64,000 nucleotides of DNA from Paraspadella gotoi (Eukaryota > Animalia > Chaetognatha), in contig CM119267.1 in NCBI GenBank assembly GCA_051294375.1, positions 24,873,783 to 24,937,782 of the forward strand. The letters are read 5' to 3'. The translations under genes were made by a program, and so were the position numbers. Below the pieces are notes generated by a model. It saw only the letters and a list, made by a program, of their open reading frames with translations, was not told where the DNA came from and made no database searches. Shown piece after piece: positions 15,668 to 26,892 of the stretch. Every line of letters begins with the position of its first letter. The first letter of the stretch is position 1.

Positions 15668-17836
15668 TTACGCGTTCGTCTCCGCGTTGACGGCGCCATC
15701 AATCTTCTGACTTCGTTCGAGGTTGTCGTTGACGTCCACGGAGGACGGATCGGTCGAACTCTTCCAAACTCGCTCGTCGCCAGTGGAAGATGGTGAGGCG
15801 TCGGTTGTTTGGCGATCGCCTTCGACAGCGGGGCGATCGCCTTCGGCATCGGGGCGATCGCCTTCGGCATCGGGGCGATCGCCTTCGGCATCGGGGCGAT
15901 CGCCTTCGGCATCGGGGCGATCGCCTTCGGCATCGGGGCGATCACATTCGGCAGCGGGGCGATCACATTCGGCAGCGGGGCGATCACATTCGGCAGCGGG
16001 GCGATCGCCTTCGGTAGGGGCGAGATCGCCTTCGGTAGGGGGGCGATCGTCTTCGTCAACGGGGTGACTACTTTCGTCTTCATCCTTTTTCTTCTCTTCT
16101 TTCTCGTTCAAATTTGATTCTTTTACCTCGTTCAATCCGTCTTCCTTCTTTTTGTCATCGTTAATTATTAAATCTTTGACAATTTTGTCGTTTAATATGG
16201 TATCATTTCCTATCTGATTCATCTTTGACTCATCGACGTCCATCATTAATCTATCATTACCATGGACCGTGTCTTTGTCATCAACCACGGAATGTTCAAC
16301 ATCAGTCTCTCTATCTGAGCAGCCGAAATCTAGTCCGGAATTAGAATCAGATTTCCCTTTGGTAACATGATCATCGCTGATACCCTTTTGGTCATCCTTG
16401 ATGTCAGCCTCGTCATTGTCATCATTGATCCCCTTTTTGTCATCGATGTCAGCCTCCTCTTTGTCATCGCTTCGCTGAGAGTCATTGGCGACGTTTGCAT
16501 CGTCCGCTTCGGATTCTTTTCTCAACCAAATCTCTTTTTCGTTTTCTCCCGACGTTTGGATGCGGTTTACTTCCGGCTTCTCATCGGCCGCTTCTTCATC
16601 GGCCGGTTTATCATCGGCCGCTTCTTCATCGGCCGGTTTATCATCGGCCGAATTTTCATTGGTCGGATTTTCGTTGGCTAGTTTTTCGTCAGCTGGATTT
16701 TCATCAGCCAGCTTTTCATCAGCTGGCTTCTCATCGGCTAGGTTTTTGTCGGATAGCTTTTCTTCAGCTAACTTTTTGTCAGCTGGCTTCTCATCGGCTG
16801 GCATTTTATCAGCTGGCATTTTATCAGCTGGCATTTCCTCGGCTTGCATTTTTTCGACTCGCTTTTCATTTGGTTTTTTGTCAGTATGCTTTTCATCGGC
16901 ATGCTTTTCATTGCCTGGCATTTTGTCAGCTGGCTTTTCATCAGCCAGCTTCTCATCGGCTGGATTTTTGTCAACTGATTTGTCAGCCAGGTTATCGTCG
17001 TCCAGAATATCACTTGACTCGTCAGTTGGCGCAAATTCTGCTGGTTTCTCGTCGACTAACTTCTCCTCAGCTGGTTTTTCATCAGCCGGTTTACCATCGG
17101 CCACAATACAATCGGCTGGGTTCTCATTGGTCGGCTTTTGATTTACCGTCTCCACGTTAACCGATATAAGATTGGCAAGTTTATCGTCAGCCAGACTTTC
17201 TCCATGTTGTGTCGCGATGGCCTGGACCTCAGAGTTTTGATCAACTTCTATGATGGGCTGGTCAAATTCTTTGATTGAATGGTTCCCAGGCTCTTCGGTT
17301 TTGACTACAGAATCAGACAACTTGAAGCCAACATTTTCGTCTTGATTTGATGCCAGATTTTCATCAGGATTTTCCAACGTCTGCTCGTCGACGACTCCTG
17401 AAAGTGGTTCATCTTTCTCATCACCGGCATCTCTAGGTTCGACATTCGCAACTGATTCTTCTGCGAGACCTTTGATTGGCTTCTCTACATCAGAATTCAC
17501 GACAATCATCCCCGGGTCGTCGTTAATAGGCGCAGGTGCCTTTCCGACTGCCTCATGCATTGCAATTTCCACTGGCTTTTTTACCGCGACCTCGACTTCA
17601 ATTGGCCCATTAGCAGCGGCTTCCACGAACTCCACGGGAGCGGCTTTGAGATCTCTGGGCGCCGATTCTTCCACGCGCGGACCATTGACGCCCCCTCGGC
17701 GTTCCTCGTCCTCTTTCCACCTCAGCATGAAGTGGGCGAGGGCGGCAATGGGGTCCGCGGGTCGCTGCATCGCCAACTCGGCTAACGAGTGAGTCAAACA
17801 CTCGGCCACGTGAGTTCTCAGATAGGCGGTGTCCAT
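15668..17836 (-). CDS. DPY30-domain protein (DYDC1/2-like) with a long acidic repetitive tail
   Basis: 722-aa intronless ORF. N-terminus MDTAYLRTHVAECLTHSLAELAMQRPADPIAALAHFMLRW resembles the DYDC Dpy-30 domain; DEKPA pentapeptide and AEGDRPD heptapeptide repeats follow. Confidence 0.8.
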   Translation of the reverse strand: MDTAYLRTHVAECLTHSLAELAMQRPADPIAALAHFMLRWKEDEERRGGVNGPRVEESAPRDLKAAPVEFVEAAANGPIEVEVAVKKPVEIAMHEAVGKAPAPINDDPGMIVVNSDVEKPIKGLAEESVANVEPRDAGDEKDEPLSGVVDEQTLENPDENLASNQDENVGFKLSDSVVKTEEPGNHSIKEFDQPIIEVDQNSEVQAIATQHGESLADDKLANLISVNVETVNQKPTNENPADCIVADGKPADEKPAEEKLVDEKPAEFAPTDESSDILDDDNLADKSVDKNPADEKLADEKPADKMPGNEKHADEKHTDKKPNEKRVEKMQAEEMPADKMPADKMPADEKPADKKLAEEKLSDKNLADEKPADEKLADENPADEKLANENPTNENSADDKPADEEAADDKPADEEAADEKPEVNRIQTSGENEKEIWLRKESEADDANVANDSQRSDDKEEADIDDKKGINDDNDEADIKDDQKGISDDHVTKGKSDSNSGLDFGCSDRETDVEHSVVDDKDTVHGNDRLMMDVDESKMNQIGNDTILNDKIVKDLIINDDKKKEDGLNEVKESNLNEKEEKKKDEDESSHPVDEDDRPPTEGDLAPTEGDRPAAECDRPAAECDRPAAECDRPDAEGDRPDAEGDRPDAEGDRPDAEGDRPDAEGDRPAVEGDRQTTDASPSSTGDERVWKSSTDPSSVDVNDNLERSQKIDGAVNAETNA
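15810..16050. repeat. Coding 21-bp minisatellite (GGGGCGATCGCCTTCGGCATC)n
   Basis: About 11 tandem units encoding (A/T/V)E(G/C)DRP(D/A). Confidence 0.9.
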
Positions 17837-17963
17837 TTTGTTTTTTAGAATTAATGACTAATTGACTAGTTCTCTTTTTCGATTAAAGTTCAAATAAACA
17901 TTGCTAAAAAAAAATTGAAAAACATAAAAATATTAACATATCGTTTTACACCAGGTTTTACAC

Positions 17964-18015
<52 letters not shown>

Positions 18016-18504
18016 CTTTTTTTTTTTTTTTAATATCTTAAAAACTCGCATCAGATTTATCAAGTCGCTTTTAAGGGCCTAACTCAGTGCCTAAAGCCCC
18101 ACTCAGATCAATGTTCAATGTTCAATGTTCTCTCTTCCTTGGAAGAAGGCGATTTTTAGTTATTTAAAAATTTAAATTTAAAATCCGATGTAAAACGAAA
18201 CATGCGGTTGGTCAAAACTTAATAAACCAAAATAAAAAAAAATAATTTGATTTAGCGGTAATAAAAAGTAAGAAATTAGGAGTAGAGGAAATTAAAATAA
18301 ATGTACCAAGGGGTCCATGCGTATCGTGATCGTTCTCGCGACACCAAAGAGTCAATCGGGAATTTGCGGAATTACCAAACACTCGAAACATTATTACCTG
18401 GATAATAAGATAGGACGGCATTAAACTCAAATGTAGCCACACAACAAGATAAAAACATTTTCAGGCGAAAAATGTTATTTTATTACATATCATCTACTTA
18501 TTTT

Positions 18505-21500
18505 CTAGCTAAAATCATGGTTGGTGGAATCGAAATAGACGATGTACTCGGGATAAGCCTGAGAATTCTCAAAGATGATGACCATGTGCTTGTCGTCATT
18601 GGTGCAAGAGTTGTAGAGACCCTTCAACTTGTCATTGGGGTCGATTGGATGGGGACGAGTCAGGCCTCGCTGCCCGATGTGGCTCCGCCCGACGACGACA
18701 CGAGCGCGGATCATGCAAGCCGCGGCGGCCGCCTGCCAATGCAAGAGATCAACGAATCTTTAAAGTATACAAAGTATTACATAGTAGAAAAATCTTAAAA
18801 GCATAAGGATCGTCGCAATCGCATGAGAAAAATCTGGGTTGACGACAAATTTTGATACTAAAAAAAAACAAATTTGAAAAAAGAAAATTAATTTATGAAC
18901 AGAAAGAAAAATAAAAAAATAAATTAAAGAAAGAATAAAAAGAAAAGAAAGAATAAAAAGAAAAGAAAGAATAGAAAGGAAAGAAAGAATAGAAAGGAAA
19001 GAAAGAATAGAAAGGAAGGAAAGAATAGAAAGGAAAGAAAGAATAGAAAGGAAAGAAAGAATAGAAAGGAAAGAAAGAATAGAAAGGAAATAAAGAATAA
19101 GAAGGAAAGAAAGAATAGAAATGAAAGAAAGAAAAATAAAAATAAAGAGAGAGTGATGAGAAGAAAGAACGAAATAAAAACCCGATGTTGCAATAGTAAA
19201 ATGATAACATACACGAATGTGATGCCTAATTTTACGAGTTCAATCCTAATTCAATTTTTTTTTAAATAAAAACGCAGAGAGAGAGAGAGAGAGAGAAGCC
19301 AAATCGTTTTCGGATGAATCAGCAGTGGCAGCAGCAGAGGCAGCCAGAAAAAAAAAAAGAAATCAAAAGGCAGCAGGAGAAAAGAGAGAAAAAGAAAAAA
19401 AGCCCCTTCAGAACCAGCTGCAGACTCGTTTTTTTTTTCTCGATGAATCAGCCTGGGGAAAAAAGAGAGAGCTCCCTATAATTAAAAGAGAAAAGAGAGA
19501 GAGAAGGAGACATAAAAATAAAAGAGAGGAATTTGTTTGTTTTGATAAAACATAAACAAAACATATTTAATAACTGTCCTCACCCAATTTTAACAACCTC
19601 GATGATGAGAAGCTGTATATAAATTTTCAGCTTCATACACCCAAATTTAATCATCAAAAAGGCGATCGATAAGTTGGAACGCCACTTATGCGCAAAAGCG
19701 TTACGAGATCGTCGTAAACGCAAAGCGATTGCGACGATAAAAACGAAGGGGACGTCTGTCCTGCCCTAGGTGCGAGGTATCTCACCGACAACTAGCGCTA
19801 AAGGCTTTGGACCTTTCAGTGATCATACCATATCACACTTTCTGGGGATCGAACCCGGAACTCACAATTGGTAAGCGAGTGATTATCTGCTCAGAGTTCA
19901 AGCCATTGGGACGAGCTCGATGGGCGATTGCTAAACAGGAGGCGAATTTATGATAATTTATAATTTATAATAATTGATATCGCCACAATGCCCACTTTGA
20001 CCACTTCCCAATACAATTTTATTCTGGGTCAAATAATTGGGACCGAACCAACCTGATTTCCATTCGGCGGCCGAGTTGCCTGGGGAACACGGACGACTGG
20101 GATTTTCGACGATAAAAAAAGGTGTAGAAAGGGGAGAATAAAAAAATAAAAGGAGTGAAAAAAATAAATAAAAATATAAAAAAATATAAACAGAATTATG
20201 GATTTAAATGGAAGATCGAAACAAAAGATGGAAAGAATGGAAAAAGGAAAATAATCGGGGATGAAGAAATAAAATGTTAACATGGATTTTGAGTGGAACA
20301 AAGAAACGAATTCTTACCTTTGCTGGCTATATGATTGGGCAACTGTGCCTCGTGTCCGTACTGCCGGTGGATATCGTACTGACTCTTTAAAAAGGCCTGA
20401 AGCTCTTGACCGTAAAACTGGTCACAGTAATGAATGGAATAATCCGCGTGCGAGGAGAAATAGACGCCTTCGCCCCAAAGGCGGGCGTTGCGTCCGATTC
20501 GGAGATCGAAGCCCTCTTGGCCGATGCTGCGGGCAGCGCCCTCGTTCGTGCCGTGCCACATCCACCGCTCGTCCAAGGCGGCTTCGGCGCCCACTTGCTC
20601 TTGAACGATCTTTCGCTGATAGAAGAATCGTTTCCACAGCAACTCGTTCTCCACCCTCTTGACTGCGACGATGGGGACGGGGATGTTCCAGTCCGCCGCC
20701 ACGCGGGCGAACTCTGCTGACTTCGGATCTACGTCGACCAATGCGAAATTCGATTGGCTACCGCCGCTGCTGCTGCTGCCGCCGCCGCAAGCGAGGCGTT
20801 TCCCCTTTCCCTTGTCGTTACCCTTGGATTTCTAGAAGAAAAAACTAGTAAAAATTAGTTCAGTTTGTTTAGATGAAGGGAATTTAATTGAAAAACAAAC
20901 CGATTTAAAAGGGGCGACGACTTTAAGCAAACTCCCCGTCGGTTTTCTCGGCAACCAAGTGTCGGGATAGACGACGTCCACGTCGGAGCCTTTTCCGTCG
21001 TCTTCGTCGTCTCCGGCGACGCCGCCTTCGTCTCCGCTCAGACTCTCCACGATCTCGGCAAAGTAGGTCTCCTGATCTCTCTCGGCGCCGGAAAAGGGTC
21101 GTTTGGCAACGAAGGCAGCCACTTTGAGGATGAGGCGCTCCTCGCCGAACCCTGGGAACATCTCGAGGAAGACGGGCGCGCGGTCGGCGAGGAAAGCGAC
21201 CTCGCCCGGAAGATGCGCGCGCAACTCGGAGGTGAAGTTGTCGCGTCGACGACGAAGTCCGTCGCGGACGAAAGAAAGGATTCGGTCGTAGACGAAAACT
21301 TCGTCCATTCCGTACACCTGGCATTTTTTTAAATTTATTTATATCAACTCAATTAATAAAAAAAAAATTAACTTATTTCTTTCTGTTAATATTCAAAATC
21401 AAGTTTTCAGATTTTCAACTCAATTAACGTCACTACTACTAGCAATAGACTTCCCCCGCTCTATTTCAATTTCCACCCTTCTTTCTTTTCACTCGTCTTT

Positions 21501-22715
21501 CTTCAGGCGACCCACCCCTAATAACCCTCCACGCTTTGTTGTCTGATCGCCTCACCAATCACCATCCCCCTTTCCCCTCAGACACCCACCGTCTCATCGT
21601 CGATGACGTTCTGAACCATGATCAGCAGCTGTCCTCCGCTGATGTCAGGATGATCTTGGACGAGGCGGAGCAGGATTCTGCCGCAGCTGGATTCTGAACC
21701 GTCGAAGACAGGCTCGAAAGCGGGAACCGGAAGAAGGGCGGAGGTGGAGGTGTCGGCATCGAGAGAGCCGGAGGAAGTGGAGCCGTAGCCGGAGCTGGAA
21801 GGCAACGACGAGGCGGTAGCGGACGACGAGGCGGAAGCGGACGACGAGGCGGAAGAGGACGACGAGGCGGAAGCGGACGTCGAAGGAGAAGCGGATGAGA
21901 ATTGGAACAAATAGTCGGGCAGCGGAATGAAATCCGCAGCCGCCGCCGCCGCGGGATCGATGAGCGCGGAATCGCGCAACCAGATCGCGCTAATCGCGAA
22001 GATAGGACATGCGAAAGGTTCAAGGCAAAAGCTGGCGTGGCTAAGGACCCATTTCCAAAAGTAACCGTGCCAGTACCAGTTGTGGCAACCTGGGCGGATT
22101 ATTATTTTTATAAGTTCTTTCAAAAAAAATTCTTTTTTCCTTCTATTACATGGTGACAATTTTACAAGCGCCGGTAGAAATACGATGTCATTTGCAAACC
22201 AGTGGTTATTTCATTGATTTTACAATTTAGTTGAGTAGAAAATACTAAAACTATTTATGTGTTAAAATTTTATATTGATCAGTTAAGATATACCTTGACA
22301 ATGAGTGGAGAAAGTTAGTTTGTAAAATTGAGTTTCATTTTCCAATTCACTTTTTTTAGATTTAATTTTTTTTTCTTACTTTCAGTAAGTTTTCTGAAGA
22401 AATTTGAAATAAAATAATATTATTATTATTATCTTCTGAAAGCCCTTTTAAATCTAAAAAGAATGACGTACTTACAAATACTGTAGTATAAAATTTAACT
22501 GGCCCAGCTTTAATTTAATTAGGATACTCAAAAACGAGACGTCTTTTTAAAAATCAATAGCTGGAGAGTAAATTTATGATATTTATCTAGAGAAAAAACA
22601 AAGTTTTTAATTGTGTTACAACGAATTTAATTAGAGATACGGACATGTTTCGGCTCACATTTCGAGCCTTCATCAGCGTTTGCCATAAGGAAAAATATTT
22701 GTGAAAAAGAAGGGT

Positions 22716-22757
<42 letters not shown>

Positions 22758-22863
22758 GTAAAGGTTTTCCAACAAAGTGGTGAGACAGAATAGTGGTCAG
22801 ATGAGAGAACAGGCTGAAGTTGAGGACAGATTGAGTGAGTTGGGAAAAGAAATGAAATTTGTT

Positions 22864-22901
<38 letters not shown>

Positions 22902-23673
22902 GGACAACAGGGATAAATAAATAAGTATTAAAGATACATTTTGTAATGTACAACAAAAGTAAAAAATTTTGAAAAACTAAATGTCAGTAAGAGTTTAACA
23001 ATTACTAATTTAAATAGTTAGTAAAGGATAGTAACATGAATTATGAAATTTGAAATGTGAAAAAGATAGATTGATAGTTAGGAGGATAAGAAAGTGAAAT
23101 ATAAGGAGAAAGAAAGAGCTCAAAATGAGCTGGCCCCCCTTGTTTTATATGCAAATGAAGGACAGAGACGATGGTGCCAGGTCATTAGCGCGTCATAGGC
23201 TGAGAGGAGAGTGTGGTTGACCAGTGAATGTTGCACTGGGTATCGAACCTGACGGAAAGATTCCCAGAGCCACTCTTATGTCTCTTTGACCTGTTGTGCC
23301 TGCTGGCTGCCCTCTTCTCGCCTGCTGGCGAGGTGGGCGGTTGTCCGTTCTTGCCGCTTTCGTGACAGGAGTGGTGGACTCCTCTCCCTCCTCCTGATAG
23401 CCGTCGTTTTGGGCGGCGCCCAGTCGCCAGAGAGAGGGACTGAGTTGCTTCATTTGAGCTCTTTCTTTCTCCTTATATTTCACTTTCTTATCCTCCTAAC
23501 TATCAATCTATCTTTTTCACATTTCAAATTTCATAATTCATGTTACTATCCTTTAGCTAACTATTAAATTAGATAATTGTTAAACTCTTACTGACATTTA
23601 GTTTTTCAAAATTTTTTACTTTTGTTGTACATTACAAAATGTATCTTTAATACTTATTTATTTATCCCTGTTG

Positions 23674-23713
<40 letters not shown>

Positions 23714-23818
23714 ACAAATTTCATTTCTTTTCACAACTCACTCAATCTGTCCTCAACTTCAGCCTGTTCTCTCATCTGACCACTATTCTGTCTCACCACT
23801 TTGTTGGAAAACCTTTAC

Positions 23819-23863
<45 letters not shown>

Positions 23864-26559
23864 CCTTCTTTTTGCACAAATATTTTCCTTATGGCAAACG
23901 CTGATGAAGGCTCGAAATGTGAGCCGAAACATGTCCGTATCTCTAATTAAATTCGTTGTAACACAATTAAAAACTTTGTTTTTTCTCTAAATCATAACAA
24001 CAACGAAAACGAAAGGTTTATCGCATCATGATATTTATCAAATTGTGATTGGCTATCTTAAATCCTTTTTTCTCAGGATCTTTCATGATACTTATATAAA
24101 ATAATAATATTTTATGTTATACATAATTTAAACAGGTCATATATTTTGAAAAAAGATTATAAATTTTAAATAATTTACTTTTAACACTCTTAATTGAACC
24201 AAGGCTGGGCAGCTCACTTTTTATGTTAAAGCTTTCGTAAGTATATCATTCTCTTCATATTTCTAAGGGCTTTCTGAGGATATTAATATTGTTAATAATT
24301 TAATAAATAATTTGTTTAAAAAGTGCTAAAAGTTAAAAAAAAAATTTGAATTTAAAAACAGTGAGCTGGAAAATGAAACACGATTTTACAAGCCAACTTT
24401 CTCCACTCATTGTCAAGGCATATCGTAACTGATCAATATAAAATTTTAACACATAAATAGTTTTAGTATTTTCTACTCAACTAATTTTTAAAATCAATGA
24501 AATAACCACGGGTTTGCAAATGACAGCATATTTCTACCGGCGCTTGTAAAATTGTCACCATGTACTAAATCTATTTTCAATGCAACTTTTTGAATTAGTT
24601 CATTGGGTTGTTTTATATTGGATATTACCAATTTCATAAAATTCAGCTCATAGTATTGATGCTAGTGCGGAGTACGTACATATAGTATTCCCCGATCTAA
24701 TACTTTGAGGAGTGGCTTTTCATACATTGAAACATTCTTTGAAATATTATACCACTTCATTGATGAGGAAGCCAGGTTCACTGGGAGTGAATAAACAAGT
24801 CTGTAGAAGAGGCTTGATTAAAAGCTGTGGCAAGTGTGATGGAGGCCTTAAACCACCAAAGCCTGTCCAAAGTCAGGACAAGATAGCTTATTTTAAATGG
24901 ATGATAATTTTTATATGTTGTACCAATTTCATATTAATAAATATTTTAAAACTTCAGTGCAACAACCAATGAACTAATTAAAAAGTTGCATTGAAAATAG
25001 ATTTAGTACATGAAAATTTTACAAGCGCCGGTAGAAATATGCTGTCATTTGCAACCCGTGGTTATTTCATTGATTTTAAAAATTAGTTGAGTAGAAAATA
25101 CTAAAACTATTTATGTGTTAAATTTTATATTGATCAGTTACGATATGCCTTGACAATAGTGGAGAAAGTTGGCTTGTAAAATCGTGTTTCATTTTTCCAG
25201 CTCACTGTTTTTAAATTCAATTTTTTTAAAAAACTTTTTAGCACTTTTTAAACAAATTATTTATTAAATTATTAACAATATTAATATCCTCAGAGAAGCG
25301 CGCTGTAGAATCTCTCTCGTTGGGGGNNNNNNNNNNNNNNNNNNNNNNNNNNNNNNNNNNNNNNNNNNNNNNNNNNNNNNNNNNNNNNNNNNNNNNNNNN
25401 NNNNNNNNNNNNNNAATTATCCATCCATTTAATAAATAAGCTATCTTGTCCCTGTCTTTGAACAGGCTTTGGTGGTTTAAGGCCTCCATCACACTTGCAA
25501 GATAATAACATAACAGGTTTCTGCATATAACAAATATATAACAAATCACAAGAACATTTTTTATAAATTTTCTTTTTTAAGAACGGATTCTTATAGAACT
25601 TGAAAAGTTAAATGAAAGTTAGTACTACAATTTTTTAAAATTTTGACAATAAATTGGTTAAAAATAGAAAAAACCATAAAAAATCATCATCATCATCATT
25701 GGCTGAATTTTATGGTTTTTTAAATTTCTTATCAGTAAAACAAAAAAATTTAAAAAGTTGTATAAATAACCTTTATCTAACTTTTAAAGCTTTACCAGAA
25801 TCTATTAAAAAAATTGAAAAATTAAAAAAAAAATTTAAACTTTATATAGTAATAAAATAATCTTTAAATGCTTCCGTGCACTAATCAATAAGATAAAGTT
25901 TTAAAATTATTTTTATTTTCATATTCTTTAACATTCGCTTAACCATTATTTATTTGAGAGAACTTCAAGTTTTCAACCTGTTCCGTCCTAATAAGTATAT
26001 ATTATAATTTTTAATATGTAAATGAAGTAATAAACTGACCGAGACAGTCAGGATCGTGACGGAAGTAAGAAAGAAATTTGAGACACTTGGGATGAAATTG
26101 GCAGCGAAGGGCGATCTCGTCGATTCCCTCGTGAAAGGCGATGATCTCCGCTCGTTCCCGAATCAACTTCTTGATGAAGTCGACTTCGCAGGAGGAGAAT
26201 TTTAATCGAAACCAATCGCAACTTCTTTCGTCGACGTCGAACTTGAGCTGTTTGCCCGACGCGTTGCCCGACGGCTCAGCGTCGTCGTCGGGTTTTCGTT
26301 TGAACGTCGGGACAACGTAGTTTGCGTTACTCGGTCCGGCATCAATGGCGTTGCTAGTTCCCGCGCTGCTCTCGTATAAAATGACGCATTCGTCGTCATC
26401 ATCGTTGCCCTTTATCTTATAAAGATTATGAAGATTAACGTCGTCGTTGACGGGGACCTGACCGTCTTTTTTATCGTCATTAATATCGTCTCTGGGTTCA
26501 GACTTCTTTGATTCAGAAACATTGAACTCGACTTTGTCGTCGTCGTCGTCAGCGGACAT
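18505..26559 (-). CDS. PARP-family (ARTD) protein, probable mono-ADP-ribosyltransferase
   Basis: Exons 26040-26559, 21590-22089, 20901-21317, 20318-20831, 20053-20096 and 18505-18732 join in phase. Motifs: VKRVENELLW, MWHGT, WGEGVYFS, YSIHYC, ARVVVG, MVIIFENSQAYPEYIVYF. Confidence 0.85.
18791..19742 (-). mobile_element. Full-length HINE-like element in the last PARP intron
   Basis: Both termini present (subterminal IR ATCGTCGCAATCGC / GCGATTGCGACGAT), internal 18-bp array, A-run flanks, no TSD. Confidence 0.75.
19746..19950 (-). mobile_element. Truncated LTR of the twister-LTR family
   Basis: The reverse strand matches the 55768-56040 LTR (GCTCGTCCCAATGGCTT...GGGTTCGATCCC...TCACTGAAAGGTCCAAAGCCTTT); the ribozyme core is partly deleted. 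Confidence 0.7.
22632..22687 (-). ncRNA. Minimal type I hammerhead ribozyme (PLE-type)
   Basis: Reverse complement of the 23890-23945 copy. Confidence 0.85.
23890..23945 (+). ncRNA. Minimal type I hammerhead ribozyme (PLE-type)
   Basis: ACG-CTGATGA-A-GGCTC-gaaatgt-GAGCC-GAAAC-AT-GTC-CGT; palindromic stem III (ACATGT); predicted cut after C23935. Confidence 0.85.
24277..25292. repeat. Long inverted repeat (MITE-like or assembly fold-back); a related arm lies at ~22149-22560
   Basis: ~24277-24612 is the reverse complement of ~24960-25292; the repeat abuts the N gap at 25327-25414. Confidence 0.6.
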
Positions 26560-26892
26560 TATTATTATAAACGACAGTTAGATCATTTAACTGAACTGTT
26601 CATCAAAACAATTATACATTCGTGTAATGACAAAGGTCAAGGTTTTTTCTCATGTTTTTTCAGCTTCTTTTCTTTGTAAGTCAACTTTCATATTTATGAA
26701 GGAAATTCAAAACTAAGAAAAAAGTAAAGAACAAAACTTGTTTCGGTTATGCATAGAATCAGAGCATTATTGTAAATTCGGCACAAGAAAGCATATGAAA
26801 GCCTTTGGTAAAAAACTATTTAACAAATAAATGAGTATATTGATCCAGGCTACAGTGTCACTCGCGAAAGGACACGGACACAATCAGTCACA

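Larger units (their letters stand above)
22588..24027. mobile_element. Non-autonomous Penelope-like element with inverted pLTRs
   Basis: ~540-bp inverted arms (~22588-23125 / ~23453-23990), each with a hammerhead; ~38-nt 3' tail; 12-bp direct repeat ATGATATTTATC at 22576-22587 and 24028-24039. Confidence 0.75.

Noticed and set aside
15723-17792. Overlapping + strand ORFs; likewise 36236-36832 and 50660-51310
   Set aside because: Antisense shadows of real minus-strand coding exons.
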